DNA from: Octopus sinensis
Taxonomy: Eukaryota
NCBI RefSeq assembly: GCF_006345805.1
Contig: NC_043000.1
Coordinates: 140,678,001-140,742,000 of the forward strand
Reading direction: 5' to 3'
Length of the DNA: 64,000 nt
Shown here piece by piece: positions 1 to 13,234 of this stretch. The stretch's first letter is position 1. Each line of letters begins with the position of its first letter. The notes beneath the pieces are model-generated. The model was given only the letters and a program-made list of their open reading frames with translations, made no database searches and was not told the origin of the DNA. Both the position numbers and the translations under genes were made by a program.

Positions 1-231
1 AAGAGCCTCAATGTTGGTGCAATAGTATAATGGATAAGTTCATAAAGAGAGGCATAGAAAGTGAGAAGTAAAAGGAAAACAGTGAGTAGCTAAGCAGAGA
101 GTTAAGTTTCAGGTTCAAATAATCTGGAAGAAATTAGCATGACAGAAATTTGCCAAAGTAGTCCATTGAACCCATGCGATTGGATGAATCACAATGCTCT
201 TAACTGAAGTCTCTTTCCCCACCACACATGT

Positions 232-612
232 GGAAGCAATCCCTCAGTTACGACGATGAGGGTTCCGGTTGATCCGAATCAATGGAACAGCCTGCTTGTG
301 AAATTAATGTGTAAGTGGCTGAGCACTCCACAGACACGTGCACCCTTAACGTAGTTCTCGGGGATATTCAGCTTGACACAGAGAGTGACAAGGCCGGCCC
401 CTTGAAATACAGGTACAACAGAAACAGGAAGTAAGAGTGAGAGAAAGTTGTGGTGAAAGAGTACAGCAGGGATCACCACCATCCCCTGCCGGAGCCTCGT
501 GGAGCTTTAGGTGTTTTCGCTCAATAAACACTCACAACGCCCGGTCTGGGAATCGAAACCGTGATCCTACGACCATGAGTCCCTGCCCTAACCACTGGGC
601 CATTGCGCCTCC
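232..612 (-). mobile_element. tRNA-derived SINE, family B
   Basis: Minus strand starts GGAGGCGCAATGGCCCAGTGGTTAGG (A box) then GGTTTCGATTCCC (B box). Near-identical copy at 35557-35936. Flanking direct repeat CCCCACCACACAT is a likely TSD. Confidence 0.85.
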
Positions 613-1082
613 CCCCACCACACATACACTATGGTAGAAACAAAATTCAAAATAATGATTAAGGACATGTATATCAATTAGCAGAAGAAAAAGAACATAA
701 AATAAAATAGAAAATAAAAAACAGACATAAATTCATTTCCTTAGCTAACTTTTTATCAAGAATCAATACAATTTTGACACTCGTTATCACTCATCTGAAA
801 TGCACCTGGGTAAAAATAAAACAAAATGAAGTCAAGTCATCAGAGTGGAAACGCAAAGGATAGAGACATTAGTCTTTTATGAAAAACATAAATAAGCAGC
901 TACAAAGGATTTGTCTTGCAACCTGAGACAAACTGTGAAGACGATGGTGTTGAGGGGAATTAGAGAAAAACTTTTATTTAACTACAACTTGAACAAAAAG
1001 AAATAATGGAAACAATCAGTGAGTGAGAAGGTTGTTCAACAAAAGGATGATAAAAATAAAATGGTGGAGATCAGAAGTAACA

Positions 1083-1241
1083 GGTGGCATGCTGTGTGGT
1101 AAGTAGCTTGCTAACCAACCACATGGTTCCGGGTTCAGTCCCACTGCGTGGCATCTTGGGCAAGTGTCTTCTGCTATAGCCCCGGACCGACCAATGCCTT
1201 GTGAGTGGATTTGGTAGACGGAAACTGAAAGAAGCCTGTCG

Positions 1242-1273
<32 letters not shown>

Positions 1274-1483
1274 GGTTTGTGTGTCTGTGTTTGTCCCCCC
1301 CAGCATCGCTTGACAACCGATGCTGGTGTGTTTACGTCCCCGTCACTTAGCGGTTTGGCAAAAGAGACCAATAGAATAAGTACTGGGCTTACAAAGAATT
1401 TAGTCCCGGGGTCGATTTGCTTGACTAAAGGCAGTGCTCCAGCATGGCCACAGTCAAATGACTGAAACAAGTAAAAGAGTAAG
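1083..1483 (+). mobile_element. tRNA-derived SINE, family A
   Basis: Head GCTGTGTGGTAAG...GGTTCAGTCCC, internal (TA)n(TG)n, tail GGC(A/G)GTGCTCCAGCATGGCC...GACTGAAACAAGTAAAAGAG. About 16 copies in the window. Confidence 0.9.
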
Positions 1484-1568
1484 AGGAAAAGAAAGTATGA
1501 AGGAGAGTGAGAAAAAGAAAGCATAAGTCACAATGAAGGGAACAAATTCTGTTCTGATGAAAATATGA

Positions 1569-1990
1569 CTCTCTTTCTCTTTTACTCTTTTACTTGTTTC
1601 AGTCATTTGACTGTGGCCATGCTGGAGCACCGCCTTTAGTCAAGCAAATCGACCCCGGGACTTATTCTTTGTAAGCCCAGTACTTATTCTATCGGTCTCT
1701 TTTGCCGAAACGCTAAGTAATGGGGTCGTAAACACACCAGCATCGGTTGTCAAGCAATGCTAGGGGGACAAACACAGACACACAAACATTACACACACAC
1801 TTATATATATATATATACATATATACGACAGGCTTCTTTCAGTTTCCATCTACCAAATCCACTCACAAGGCATTGGTCGGCCCGGGGCTATAGCAGAAGA
1901 CACTTGCCCAAGATGCCACGCAGTGGGACTGAACCCAGAACCATGTGGTTGGTTAGCAAGCTACTTACCACACAGCCACTCCTGCGCCTA
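1569..1990 (-). mobile_element. SINE family A
   Basis: Full-length reverse-complement copy, tail-to-tail with the 1083-1483 copy. Confidence 0.9.
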
Positions 1991-2951
1991 TACTGCGCCT
2001 ATGACTGTGTACATTAGCAATGAGAATCCAATTAATGGTTAAGAAAATGTACGACAATTAATGGAAAGGACAAAAGATGGCCACAGATAAACATATTTCA
2101 TTTTGTCAACTTTTTATCAACACTTAGAACAATATTAGCACTTGGAAAAGTTGGCATCACTTGCCTGGAAAGTGCCAGGATAAAAATTAAACAAAACAAT
2201 GTCAAATCATATGACCAAAACACTTGTGGGACAGAGATATAGAAACAAAATCAATAAAAATATCAGCTAGAGAATATCAACAAGATAGTGTCTTGTGACT
2301 TGAGACAAAGACAAACAGAGGGAATATCAGGTGGATATCCTTGCTCACAAAACAGATAAGATACATGGTAATATTGCTATGACGATCAATCAAATAATGT
2401 GAAGAATTATTGTGATTAATATTTGATCATTAGTAGAGTGGGTCAATGGTAAAAGACTGATAGAACACAAGATTAAATGCTTTATATTTAGCCTTATTGT
2501 TTCTGTGTTCTTACTTCAAATTCAAGCAAAGGTTCTTACACTAAGTATCAGGATATGTGACTATTCTGTGTTTAGTGATGTCAGATTCAATACAGCTTTG
2601 TAATAATTAGGCTTGTGCTCTGTTTACAAATCAAGACTTAGTGATTTATAAATCTTATCATCAGCTGAAGTGCCACAACTACTGCCACGACCATCACCAT
2701 GGCCATGACAACAACCACTGCTGCTGTTGTTGTCACTGTCATCATCATCATCATCATCATCATCCATTTTTCATATTCCGCTAAAATTATTTGGATCTGT
2801 CAAACATCATTTGGTCATCTCATTAACCTGATCTGTGTGGCTCAGTAGCTCAAATTCCGGCTCCACTACTTCTTCCCACCTCTTGTCATTTTTTCATTTC
2901 CTTATTTATTTCTTACTTCTTGACCATCTTTCAGGTAACTTTATATACTCA

Positions 2952-3329
2952 CTAGCAGTATCATCCAGTTTGTTTCAACCCTTTAGAATTGGAATTTTTG
3001 AAAAGTAAAAATTTCGTATTATGTGGCTTGTTATTCTCTTTAAGTGAACACTTTTCTGGTTGAAATACACCGAAAAATGGCGACACAGCAGTCAAAAGAT
3101 CGTAAAAAATAAAGATTTTCATAGAAAAAAGTACCTTTTTGATGTAAATAATTTTTGGTGTTAACATGGTCCGATTTGAATTTTTTCTTCTACGGAATGA
3201 AGAGCAAGCCTTTTTCTATCATACTCTCAATTTTGGCCAACTTGCGCCGCAGGGTCTCAGAGGAGAAAATGTTAGTTGAAGGCTACCAAACCTGCCATAC
3301 ACAGACAACTTCAGCTTTATATATATAGA
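2952..3329 (-). mobile_element. non-autonomous Helitron
   Basis: Minus strand begins TCTATATATATAAAGCTGAAGTTG and ends GATACTGCTAG followed by T. Confidence 0.7.
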
Positions 3330-3699
3330 CTAGCAGTATCGCCCGGCGTTGCTCGGGTTTGTAAGGGAAATAACTATAAAGCATTTTTAGAGAGTTATAG
3401 CCAAAAAATGGGAAAAAAAATGATGGTAAATTTTTTTAGTTAAAAAGGTCGAGTTGCGTCCCCTAGACAGTCTGTGGTTTGTGTTTCTGATTCTCGACCC
3501 CATGTCGAATTTATCGATTTTTTTCAGAACTGGGGGAACTTTTCAAAATTTTCGCTGCGTTAGTTTTGAATTATGACATTGGGCTATGTGTGTGTCAAGT
3601 TTCATCAGAATCGGTTGAAAGCCGTGGTAAGGGTGAGGGTACAACCTGACAGACACACAGAAACACACACAGACAAACTGCCGTTTATATATAGAGAGA
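3330..3699 (-). mobile_element. non-autonomous Helitron
   Basis: 5' A|TCTCTCTATATATAAACGGCAG; 3' hairpin CCCGAGCAACGCCGGG then GATACTGCTAG|T. Homologous to 24328-24710. Confidence 0.85.
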
Positions 3700-4102
3700 T
3701 CATTGAATCTTGCATAGAGAACCTCAGAGCACATCTTCTATCTCAGCAAAACAGGCCGACTCATGACATAAAATTAAAAATGATTAACATAGAACACAGA
3801 GCAATTTGTCTATCAATCAGTTTATGAAGATTTGGCAGTAAATTAAAAGTTCCCACCACTTCAACATCCGTTGAGAAGAAAGTTTCTTTTTAATTAATTG
3901 GTTTAATACTTCCCTTAGGTGTTTTAGCAGAATACATTCTTTTGCAAATACTCAAATCAGAATGCTGGTTTGAGAAAAACAGTGATACTTAATAAACTTC
4001 TTCCTAGCTGCACTTTTCCCAGGTAGTATCATACGTTATCAGAAAGTATTAGGTGAATATTTTTTAGAAGAAGTTTACCGTAAGTTGGCTTTTTTATTTT
4101 TT

Positions 4103-4237
4103 CGCTAACCAACCACATGGTTCCGGGTTCAGTCCCACTGCGTGGCACCTTGGGCAAGTGTCTTCTGCTATAGCCCCGGGCCGACCAATGCCTTGTGAGT
4201 GGATTTGGTAGACGGAAACTGAAAGAAGCCTGTCGTA

Positions 4238-4282
<45 letters not shown>

Positions 4283-4484
4283 CTGTGTGTTTGTGTTTGT
4301 CCCCCTAGCATTGCTTGAAAACCGATGCTGGTGTGTTTACGTCCCCATCACTTAGCGGTTCGGCAAAAGAGACCGATAGAATAAGTACTGGGCTTACAAA
4401 GAATAAGTCCCGGGGTCAATTTGCTCGACTAAAGGCAGTGCTCCAGCATGGCCGCAGTCAAATGACTGAAACAAGTAAAAGAGT
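4103..4484 (+). mobile_element. SINE family A, slightly 5'-truncated
   Basis: Matches the family A body and tail. Confidence 0.88.
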
Positions 4485-4855
4485 ATAAATAATATAAACA
4501 CCCAGTAATACTGATCAGCTTATGCCTAATATGGATTCTGGATACTTCTTAGTTAGTGATTGATGCTCTCACAATTTCCAGCTGGGATACAGATGGGAGT
4601 CAACTCAATGGCTGAAAGCAAACCATGACCCTTGCTTTTACCTCTTCCCACGTAGCCCAAATATTCAGCCTGTGTTACAAACATGCTAAATTCTATGAGA
4701 AAATGAAAAACCTAGTGTTGCACAGTTCTCTCTCATTTTTTAAAGAATATCAATGTATATAGTTCCAATCTTGATATCACATACTATCACCTTTTAGGTT
4801 GTAAACCATACATCTTGACTGAGAGTCAAATCTCACTTCAGCTATTGCTAAGCTA

Positions 4856-5112
4856 TCATCATCATCATCATTGTTTAACGTCCGCTTTCCATGCAAGCAT
4901 GGGTTGGATGATTTTGACTGAGGGCTGGCGAACCAGACAGCTGCACCAGGCTCCAATCTTGATCTGGTAGAGTTCTACAGCTGGATGCCCTTCCTAATGC
5001 CAACCACTCCGAGAGTGTAGTGGCTGCTTTTTATGTGCCACCGGCATGGGGCCAGTCAGATGGTACTGGCAATAACCTTGCTCAAGTCTTTTTACACATG
5101 CCACCGGCACAG
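4856..5112 (-). mobile_element. RTE LINE 3'-UTR fragment (family E)
   Basis: (CAT)n tail plus reverse complement of GGTTGGCATTAGGAAGGGCATCCAG...GGACGTTAAAC. Confidence 0.8.
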
Positions 5113-5562
5113 CTATCTCTTATGTAATAAGTAATAACCTGTTTCTAAAAAGTGGTGTTATACTGAAGTGGAACCCACTTGCCCTATCACTTACCTATCT
5201 TCTTTGGATGAACATACTTCCTGCCCAAGCAAAATCAACAGAAAGAATATAAAAAAGAAAACAGCTACATCAACCTTACAAGTCTGGAAAGAATGTTGTC
5301 TATTTTTTCTCCAATAAAATAAATAAAATCAAAATGTTGTTTTCAATATCATTCTGTCATGAGTATCCAAAATTAACAGAAGACAATTGTATTTCACATG
5401 ACAGTTATAATCCATGGGTATTGTATATCTATATTATTCCAGCGGAACCAATTTCAACCACATATATTAGCTGATATCATTTATACACAATCAAAGTCTG
5501 AATTCACTTGTGTTTTACTTTTCTTGGAGGTTAATATTTATATTCTTGGGACACAAAACTCT

Positions 5563-6006
5563 ACTTGTGAAGACCTGTTGAGGTAAGTGAAAATCAAATT
5601 CGAAATCGATCAACATCAATGGAATTTGTAGCTGTGATACCAGTGCTGAACCATCTGAACATGGCGATAGCCAGCACTGCCCTGATTGGCCTCCGTGCCA
5701 ATGGCACGTAAAAGGCACCATCCGATCGTGGCCATTGCCAGCCTCGTCTGGTCTCCGTGCTGATGGCACGTAAAAAGCACCATCCGATCATGGCCGTTTG
5801 CCAGCCTCGTCTGGCACCTGTGCTGGTGGCACGTAAAAAGCACCCACTACACTCACGGAGTGGTTGGCATCAGGAAGGGCATCCAGCCGTAGAAACACTG
5901 CCAGATGAGACTGGGCCTGGTGCAGCCTTCTGGCTTCCCAGACCCCAGTTGAACCGTCCAACCCATGCTAGCATGGAAAGCGGACATTAAACGATGATGA
6001 TGATGA
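5563..6006 (+). mobile_element. RTE LINE 3'-UTR fragment (family E) with three ~62-bp modules
   Basis: CTTGTGAAGACCTGTTGAGG, repeated GTGC..GGCACGTAAAAAGCACC modules, (GAT)n tail. Confidence 0.8.
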
Positions 6007-7877
6007 TTACTGATTTCCCTTTCAACTTAAACAGTTTTCAAATGGATTTTCATTAAATGGCATTAAACATTGTATTTACTAATTTGAGACAAAATAATGG
6101 CTATTTCCTTCCATATGGATACCAAACTACAGAGGTTTAGGCTGATAATTAACATAAACCTCTTCTTCAGGTAGCTAGTACAAAAATGCATCTCATAAAG
6201 CTGTATAAGTCTCACAAATTCTGTTCAACCTCATAAAGTTGTGATAACTGTTATCAGTCCTTTGAGTTACTCATAAAAATAAACAGGTTTACAGACAAGT
6301 CAAGAAAAGTACATACACATTAAAATGGTGCTTAAAATATCTAATATCATTATTTACCATAGAAGCTTTGCTGTTAATTTATTATTAATTCTCATTAAAT
6401 TATTGAAATACAGTTTTAAAGTGCTAGCGTACAAAGAGCACTAATGTAATGCTAGCTTTGTGCCACTCTTACCATTTACTATATCAATAAAAGATGTCTT
6501 CTGTTCAGATGATTTGTAAACAAACATTTTGAAGTATTTCAAAGAATATAGTTAATTCATATATGATTTATAATGAGAACCACCTTTGTTATTTAAAGTC
6601 AGGTTACTAATTGGGGGACTAACAATTATCAATTTCAAAATTGAAAGGTGATAATTTATTATCTACTTTCATTTTATTAATTGCCGTAATGTCAAAATTG
6701 GAATGTGATTGATTTCAGAAATATTCTGAAGATCTTAATGGCGTTTATTAATGGAAAGAATGTTTTAATGAAATATTGACAAGAACTTCTTTTACACATA
6801 CGTTTCAGTTAAACAAATCACCACACAAAGAAACGTGCGTATAAGAACTATTTTCATAAACACACACACACACTTGACACATATGTAGACTTTGATAAGT
6901 GCCTCAGAAAACTTTTGTCCTTCAGTAACTTTACAGTTGATTAAAAATATATACTTACACATACACACAAACACACACACTCTTATATATTGTTATATAT
7001 CGAGTTATGTTTCTCTTATTTGTTGAACCAAACAATTACAAACATATACATACACACTCACACGTACACACACTGGAATATAGGTTCTTATTGCATTTTT
7101 CACAAAAGTTGAAAGTATAAGAGAAATGATGAAAATGCACTTGAAGACTTTTAAAAGAACAATTTCTTTACCTTTAATTAACAGGTTTTTGCAATTTCAT
7201 GATTTTCAGAAATTGTGATGGAACGAGCTAAAGCTGTATTGCATTTGTCTTGACTCTGACTGGATTTGGAAAACTTGTTTTCTTATGTAGAAAGGAATCA
7301 TGGCTCAAATTACCATCAGTTGAGGTCGTTTCTGGTTAGCTGAAGTTGGGCACAAGATTAGAGAGACATGTGATTGTATAAATGATATCTGCATCAAAAT
7401 TTAATGGTTTATGATCAAGCAAATATGTTATGTGACAGCATGGATAATACCTCTGCTATGTCCGACAGTATGGATTGCAATCACACCAAAAATCAAGACT
7501 GCTAATCCAGCAAATATGACATGATTGCATGCACAGCAGATTATCAGAATAGCTATAAGTAGATTAGTAGTTTACTTGCTTATGTGTATAGTTGCCTTGT
7601 GTTTGTGTGTGAATATAAACTACAATGGTTAATATATCTGTTCAGTATGTTGAAAGCTTATTCACTTGTGCTTTATATTTTTGATAAACATTTTTGTTTT
7701 GTACTTGTCCGTATTTTCTTAATGGTTTTGTTAGAAAAATGGTCAAGTGGGAAGACTAAGAAATTTGATGATTTGTTTATTGCACATAAGTCTAAATGTC
7801 CATTTAGAAAAATCTGTCTGATATTAGAAGAAAGAGAGAGAGAGAGAGGTGGTGGGGAGAAAGCTGTTGGATCATCT

Positions 7878-8068
7878 AATCATCATCATCATCATCATTG
7901 TTTAACGTCCGTTTTCCGCGCTAGCACGGGTTGGACGGTTCGACCGGGGTCTGGGAAGCCAGAGGCTGCTCCAGGCTCCAGTCTGAGCTGGCAGAGTTTC
8001 TACGGCTGGATGCTCTTCCTAACGCCAACCACTCCACGGGTGTAGTGGGTGTTTTTTACGTGCCACCT
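7878..8068 (-). mobile_element. RTE 3'-UTR fragment (family E)
   Basis: (CAT)n tail and the family E terminal ~190 bp. Confidence 0.8.
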
Positions 8069-9272
8069 TCTTTTAGTCTTCAAATAAGCTTTTAACTTGG
8101 TGCATAAGCTTTCACTTTCAGAGTTCTCACTTCTATGTTAATTTTTACTTCTTTTAACTTTCTTTGAATTTAAGAACCACCAAATAAATAATTGTTATTC
8201 ACGTAAGATCTGTTTCACAAGTAAAATGCTACTAAAGTTACTCCAAGTTTAATCATCATGTTTAACATCTTTTATAAGTATTTACTCAATATTATGCCGG
8301 ATACTCAAAGAAAGTCATATGTTAAGCTTTCTCTTATTATTACTATTGTGTCTCATTCTTTACCACTTTTGTTCTAAATGCTTCACTAAACCTTCTATAT
8401 AAGAAGTTTTAACTTCTAGAGCTCCCTGAAAAATTTGTTTGGTAAACATTAAAACATTGTAACAACCACATGTATATATAAACAATCTGATATTTGTTTT
8501 TTTAGAATCATCAAATGTGTATCACACAATACAGACAGGAAAGTGATATTTCAGATGCAGTATTGCTGTTAAAACAGTAGAAATTTTTTTTCCACCTTGT
8601 AAAGTTAATAATACCCAATTTTTCTGTAGTTTTCAATGGTGATGCTGTGTTTGAAATACTAAAATACAGACTTTTAAACACAAAATCAGCTTCATCATTT
8701 CCACCAATCCAGAAAACAAAAAAAATCAAGAGTTTTGGCGAACTAATCATAAAAATAACAAAACTTTTGGTTAATGCAATCTTCCTAAACTTTAAACATC
8801 AAAGTTTATAAATGATAAAAATAATTATCTGGTATCATTTAAATAGGAATCAAATTTTATATCTCTTTAACAACCACAAGTAAAATAGTCTAAGAGATCC
8901 ACTGGTGATTTGGTTTTTCCTCTTTAGCCTTTTGAAAATGTGGCTTTGCTATTACAACATGCTTCTTGCTTTTGTTGACTGACATTTTTTGGATGTCTGC
9001 TGTTTAGATTGTTTAAATTATTTGGAGTTTTTCCTTTGATATTTACAGATATTCATCATGTCTTTGCAACATACAGCAAAATAGAATTAATGTAGCTATT
9101 GAAAGATCTAAATTTAATATAACTAGACACACTTTTGCTTTCTAGATTCTTTAAAATGTTAGCAAGCTTCCAATTGCAGACAGCATGTTTCTTTTATAAT
9201 TGAAGCACTTCACTTTATCCATTTTTAAATGAATATAAAAGCATCACATCTATATTTTAATATGTATCATAA

Positions 9273-9452
9273 GTGTAAAAAGCACCCACTACACTCATGG
9301 AGTGGTTGGCGTTAGGAAGGGCATCCAGCCGTAGAAACATTGCCAGATCAGACTGGGCCTGGTGCAGCCTTCTGGCTTCCCAGACCCCAGTTGCACCGTC
9401 CAACCCATGCCAGCATGGAAAGCGGACGCTAAACAATGATGATGATGATGAT
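9273..9452 (+). mobile_element. RTE 3'-UTR fragment (family E)
   Basis: Family E terminal ~180 bp with (GAT)n tail. Confidence 0.8.
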
Positions 9453-9469
9453 GAATTAAATTCATCATG

Positions 9470-10310
9470 ATTATGCCCATGTTTAAAAACTTTATAATTT
9501 TATTTTTCAAATTCCTTAATAATAAGTTTAAAAGCATCATAATATCCTTTAAAAATTAATCTGAATAAAATCATTTTTAAATCAATGATAAATAAAAGAT
9601 ATTTGAAATATATCATAACATTATTATTTTAAAATTTATCATAACTCTATCATTTTTAAATGTAAAAAATTTCTAAGATGTTTATATGAATCCTATATGG
9701 ATCATTTTTAAATGTATCCTATTTCATTCTTATATGTATCATTTGCTTATCATTTTAAAATCTGTCATTATTATATCATTATTAAATGCAATATAATTTT
9801 TCATCTCTTAAATGTACCACAGATATATCATTTTTAATTACAGCTCAGTATCCTTCTTAAATATTTTAGAACTATGTTATTTTACATGCATCATAACTAA
9901 CATCTTTTAAATTTATCCCAACTTTATCATATGATGATTTAAAAATATATTGTAATTATATAATTTATAAATGTATTACAATAACAATTTTTAAATGTGC
10001 TATCATATAAAAAATCAGAATTATATCACATTTTAACATATGATTACTTGATTTTCAAATTAATCATAATTATTTCATTTTAAGTGTATCATCATCATCA
10101 TCATCATCATCGTTTAACGTCCGTTTTCTGCGCTAGCACGGGTTGAAGCATATCTTAACTTCATCATAAATGTATCATAAATCTATCATTTTTAACTATA
10201 TCACAATTACCAAATTTTTGAATTGTATCAGTATTTTATCAAATTTGAATCATCATAACTATATTATATTTAAATGCATGGTAATTATATAACTTTTAAA
10301 TGTAACATAT
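9470..10310. repeat. degenerate AT-rich minisatellite (unit roughly 28-30 bp, TATCATTTTTAAATGTATCATAAC-like)
   Basis: Recurring TATCATTTTTAAAT / GTATCATAA motifs. Interrupted by a short family E tail at 10088-10146. Confidence 0.55.
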
Positions 10311-12191
10311 ACGTTTCTGTCATCAGCTAATGATAATATTGTTTACATTTTACACTAAGCCCTTGATTATTGCATTTAGTGTAAAAGGTGTTGTGTAAAG
10401 GGTTTTGTGTAAACCATTTATCCATTGGTGAAATAAGAACAACTATTTCATGGTATTTACAATCTCACCATCAATATAGAACTAGCTAAAAGCTCTTTCT
10501 AATTTCATGCTAGAAAACCTTTAATCTAAAATTTGGTCCATTCACTGAATCAATTGACGCATTTCTGTTTATTTGCTTTATTGGCAAGACGTATATATCA
10601 GCACTTCACATTCACTGTTTTTCTATAAAACTCTACCTGAAATGAACATCAGTATGAGACTAATTTAGCAGGTTTTGTTGAAAATAAAACCATTTATCAA
10701 CATGATCTGTCTTGGTAAGACAAACAGTCTGCAACACTTGTGAAAATTTGCTTGCTCTGCTGTATTACCTGTTAAATATACTTGTATATAATTATACATA
10801 TACACTCATAAGCTCACACACATACACACACACAAACACTTGTATGCATGCACATACTTAAAGACACATAAATATACATTTATATTTACATTTATACTTT
10901 TATATATATATGTGTGTGTATATGTATCTCTCTCTCTCTCTATATATAATATTCAAATGTATGTCTATGTATATAACACCTACACAAATACATATGTATG
11001 TATGTGTGTGTGTGTATGCATATATGTATATGTGAATGTACATATATATATATATCATATGTATATATACGTATGTATACATTATGAGTGTATGAGTGTG
11101 TGTGTGTATGTGTGTGTGTGTGTATGTATGCGTGTGTGTGTTTGCTTCTTAGAAATTAGCTAGACTTTCTCTAGCAGTATGATAACTTTAATACACAAAC
11201 TTCTTTATATGTTAATAACTTAAAATCCTATTAAACGAGTAATCAGATTAGGAAGGCAAACAAAATATAGTGAAAGATGCAAGTTGCTCAGATAAAGATA
11301 CTTAGAATGTGTCAGCTAATGTCGTGAAAATTATATGAAGTACAGTATTTCCCTAGATGAGTGATAATTTTCTCTTTAATATCACCAACAGACAGTTGCT
11401 AGTGTTTTATGCTTTCACACCGTTATTTCCAACAAAAATACTTATCGCAATTTCTTAAACAGCATTACTCAATTGTTACAATTATTGTGTTTTTTTTCTT
11501 CCTGTTGTATTTTATGTACTTATAAATTTTTCTCCATTTGAATATAGTGAACGTGTGTGCGTGTGTATGTGTATGTTTAGAGTGGGGTCATGTAGTTTGT
11601 TGCATTGTTATTTCATCAATGTTTTATTGAATAAAGGAAAAAAAATATTATCTAATGGGAAAAAAATGAAAATTTTGACAGCACTGAATATTTACTTTGT
11701 TCAGGAGGTGATGAAGAATATAATAATGAAAGAGTACATTGAAAGTTGTATCACAGATGGTTGTTATTTGTCTTATAATGAGAGTCACAGAGACAAAAGA
11801 CAGGGCAATAGAATGATTTAGTTACTATTTAATGAAATAAAGCTCTGGCTTTCTAGATCCAAATTTAAAACCCTAGATTTAAAAGGTCACCTCTTGTATT
11901 TCTAGAGTCAATAATATTATAATTACTGTTACTGGGAATAGCCTTAGGAAGGGCCTTAAAGTGGAAAAACCTTTTGTACATTGGTATACAAAAAAAAAAA
12001 TAAATAAATAAAGGTATTTTTCAATGACAACAAAAAATATGATAAAGTATTCTTTTAGAAAAATAACCACTTTTGACCCTCACTTCCATAAATATAATAT
12101 CTCATTATTATATAAACACAAAACATTATTAAGAATACAAATGCATAAACATAAAAGTATTTATACCTTTTGGTAATTATTTTTACATTTA

Positions 12192-12498
12192 GGCATGTAA
12201 AAAGCACCATCCGATCGTGGCCGTTGCCAGCTTCACCTGGCCCCCGTGCCAGTGGCACGTAAAAAGCACCATCTGATCGTGGCCGTTTGCCAGCCTCGTC
12301 TGGCACCTGTGCCGGTGGCACGTAAAAGCACCCACTACGCTCACGGAGTGGTTGGCGTTAGGAAGGGCATCCAGCCGTAGAAACATTGCCAGATCAAACT
12401 GGGCCTGGTGCAGCCTTCTGGCTTCCCAGACCCCAGTTGAACCGTCCAACCCATGCCAGCATGGAAAGCGGACGCTAAACGATGATGATGATGATGAT
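12192..12498 (+). mobile_element. RTE 3'-UTR fragment (family E)
   Basis: Three GGCA(C/T)GTAAAAAGCACC modules and a (GAT)n tail. Confidence 0.82.
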
Positions 12499-13234
12499 CC
12501 AGAGGGATGACAATGTCCATAAATTGTCCAAGGCTTGTAAGTGAAATGGGGAAATAAACAACGACTCATAAGTCATCTACATCTTAGAAGCTTGGTCCAA
12601 GTTCTTGCTACACACTGGATTCTGCCAAAGATATTCATAGATCAAATGTGAGTGTTAAGCTAAGCAACGAGCGGTGAATCATGTGTTTTGGTTGCACTGT
12701 GCAGTTACCAAAGTAGCTGCCCATTTACTTGTATGTAATACACCTCCTTCAAAAGCAAACACACATACCTAAACATGTAGCCCAGTGCAATCCACTCTCA
12801 TTGCTCACTTCCATGTTACACCACTGCAAGAAACAGTCAAATTTACCTCCTAGAAACAAGTACAATCCATCCATAGTGGCTTCTGTACTGGCCATACTGT
12901 TTGAATATAATCATTGATGGAATGACATAAGGTAGTCAGTGATGGTATTGGGAAAAATTATAGAGGACATTTTTCAAATTCATTTGATCAGTACAGTTTC
13001 TTTAATATTTCAGTCTGTATAAGTATGACGATCAGTTCTCTTGATTATTTAAGTATGCATTGCAGATTTCAGTTGAAATTCTCAGTTGAATTTATTTCTG
13101 TGTTTGCAATATATTTCTATAATTTCTTCTACATCCATTAACATTTGTAATGTTTTATCATACGTTTGTGTAATATATATAAGTGTATATATATATCTAA
13201 GTGTTCATGCATGTATATATGTATGTAGGCATGT

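Noticed and set aside
540-612. tRNA-like sequences with A and B boxes (also 14400, 35870, 60190)
   Set aside because: They are SINE heads continuing into SINE bodies, not stand-alone tRNA genes.
10300-10330. Minus-strand CTGATGA-CA-GAAAC
   Set aside because: Only 2 nt available for stem II and no stem I.
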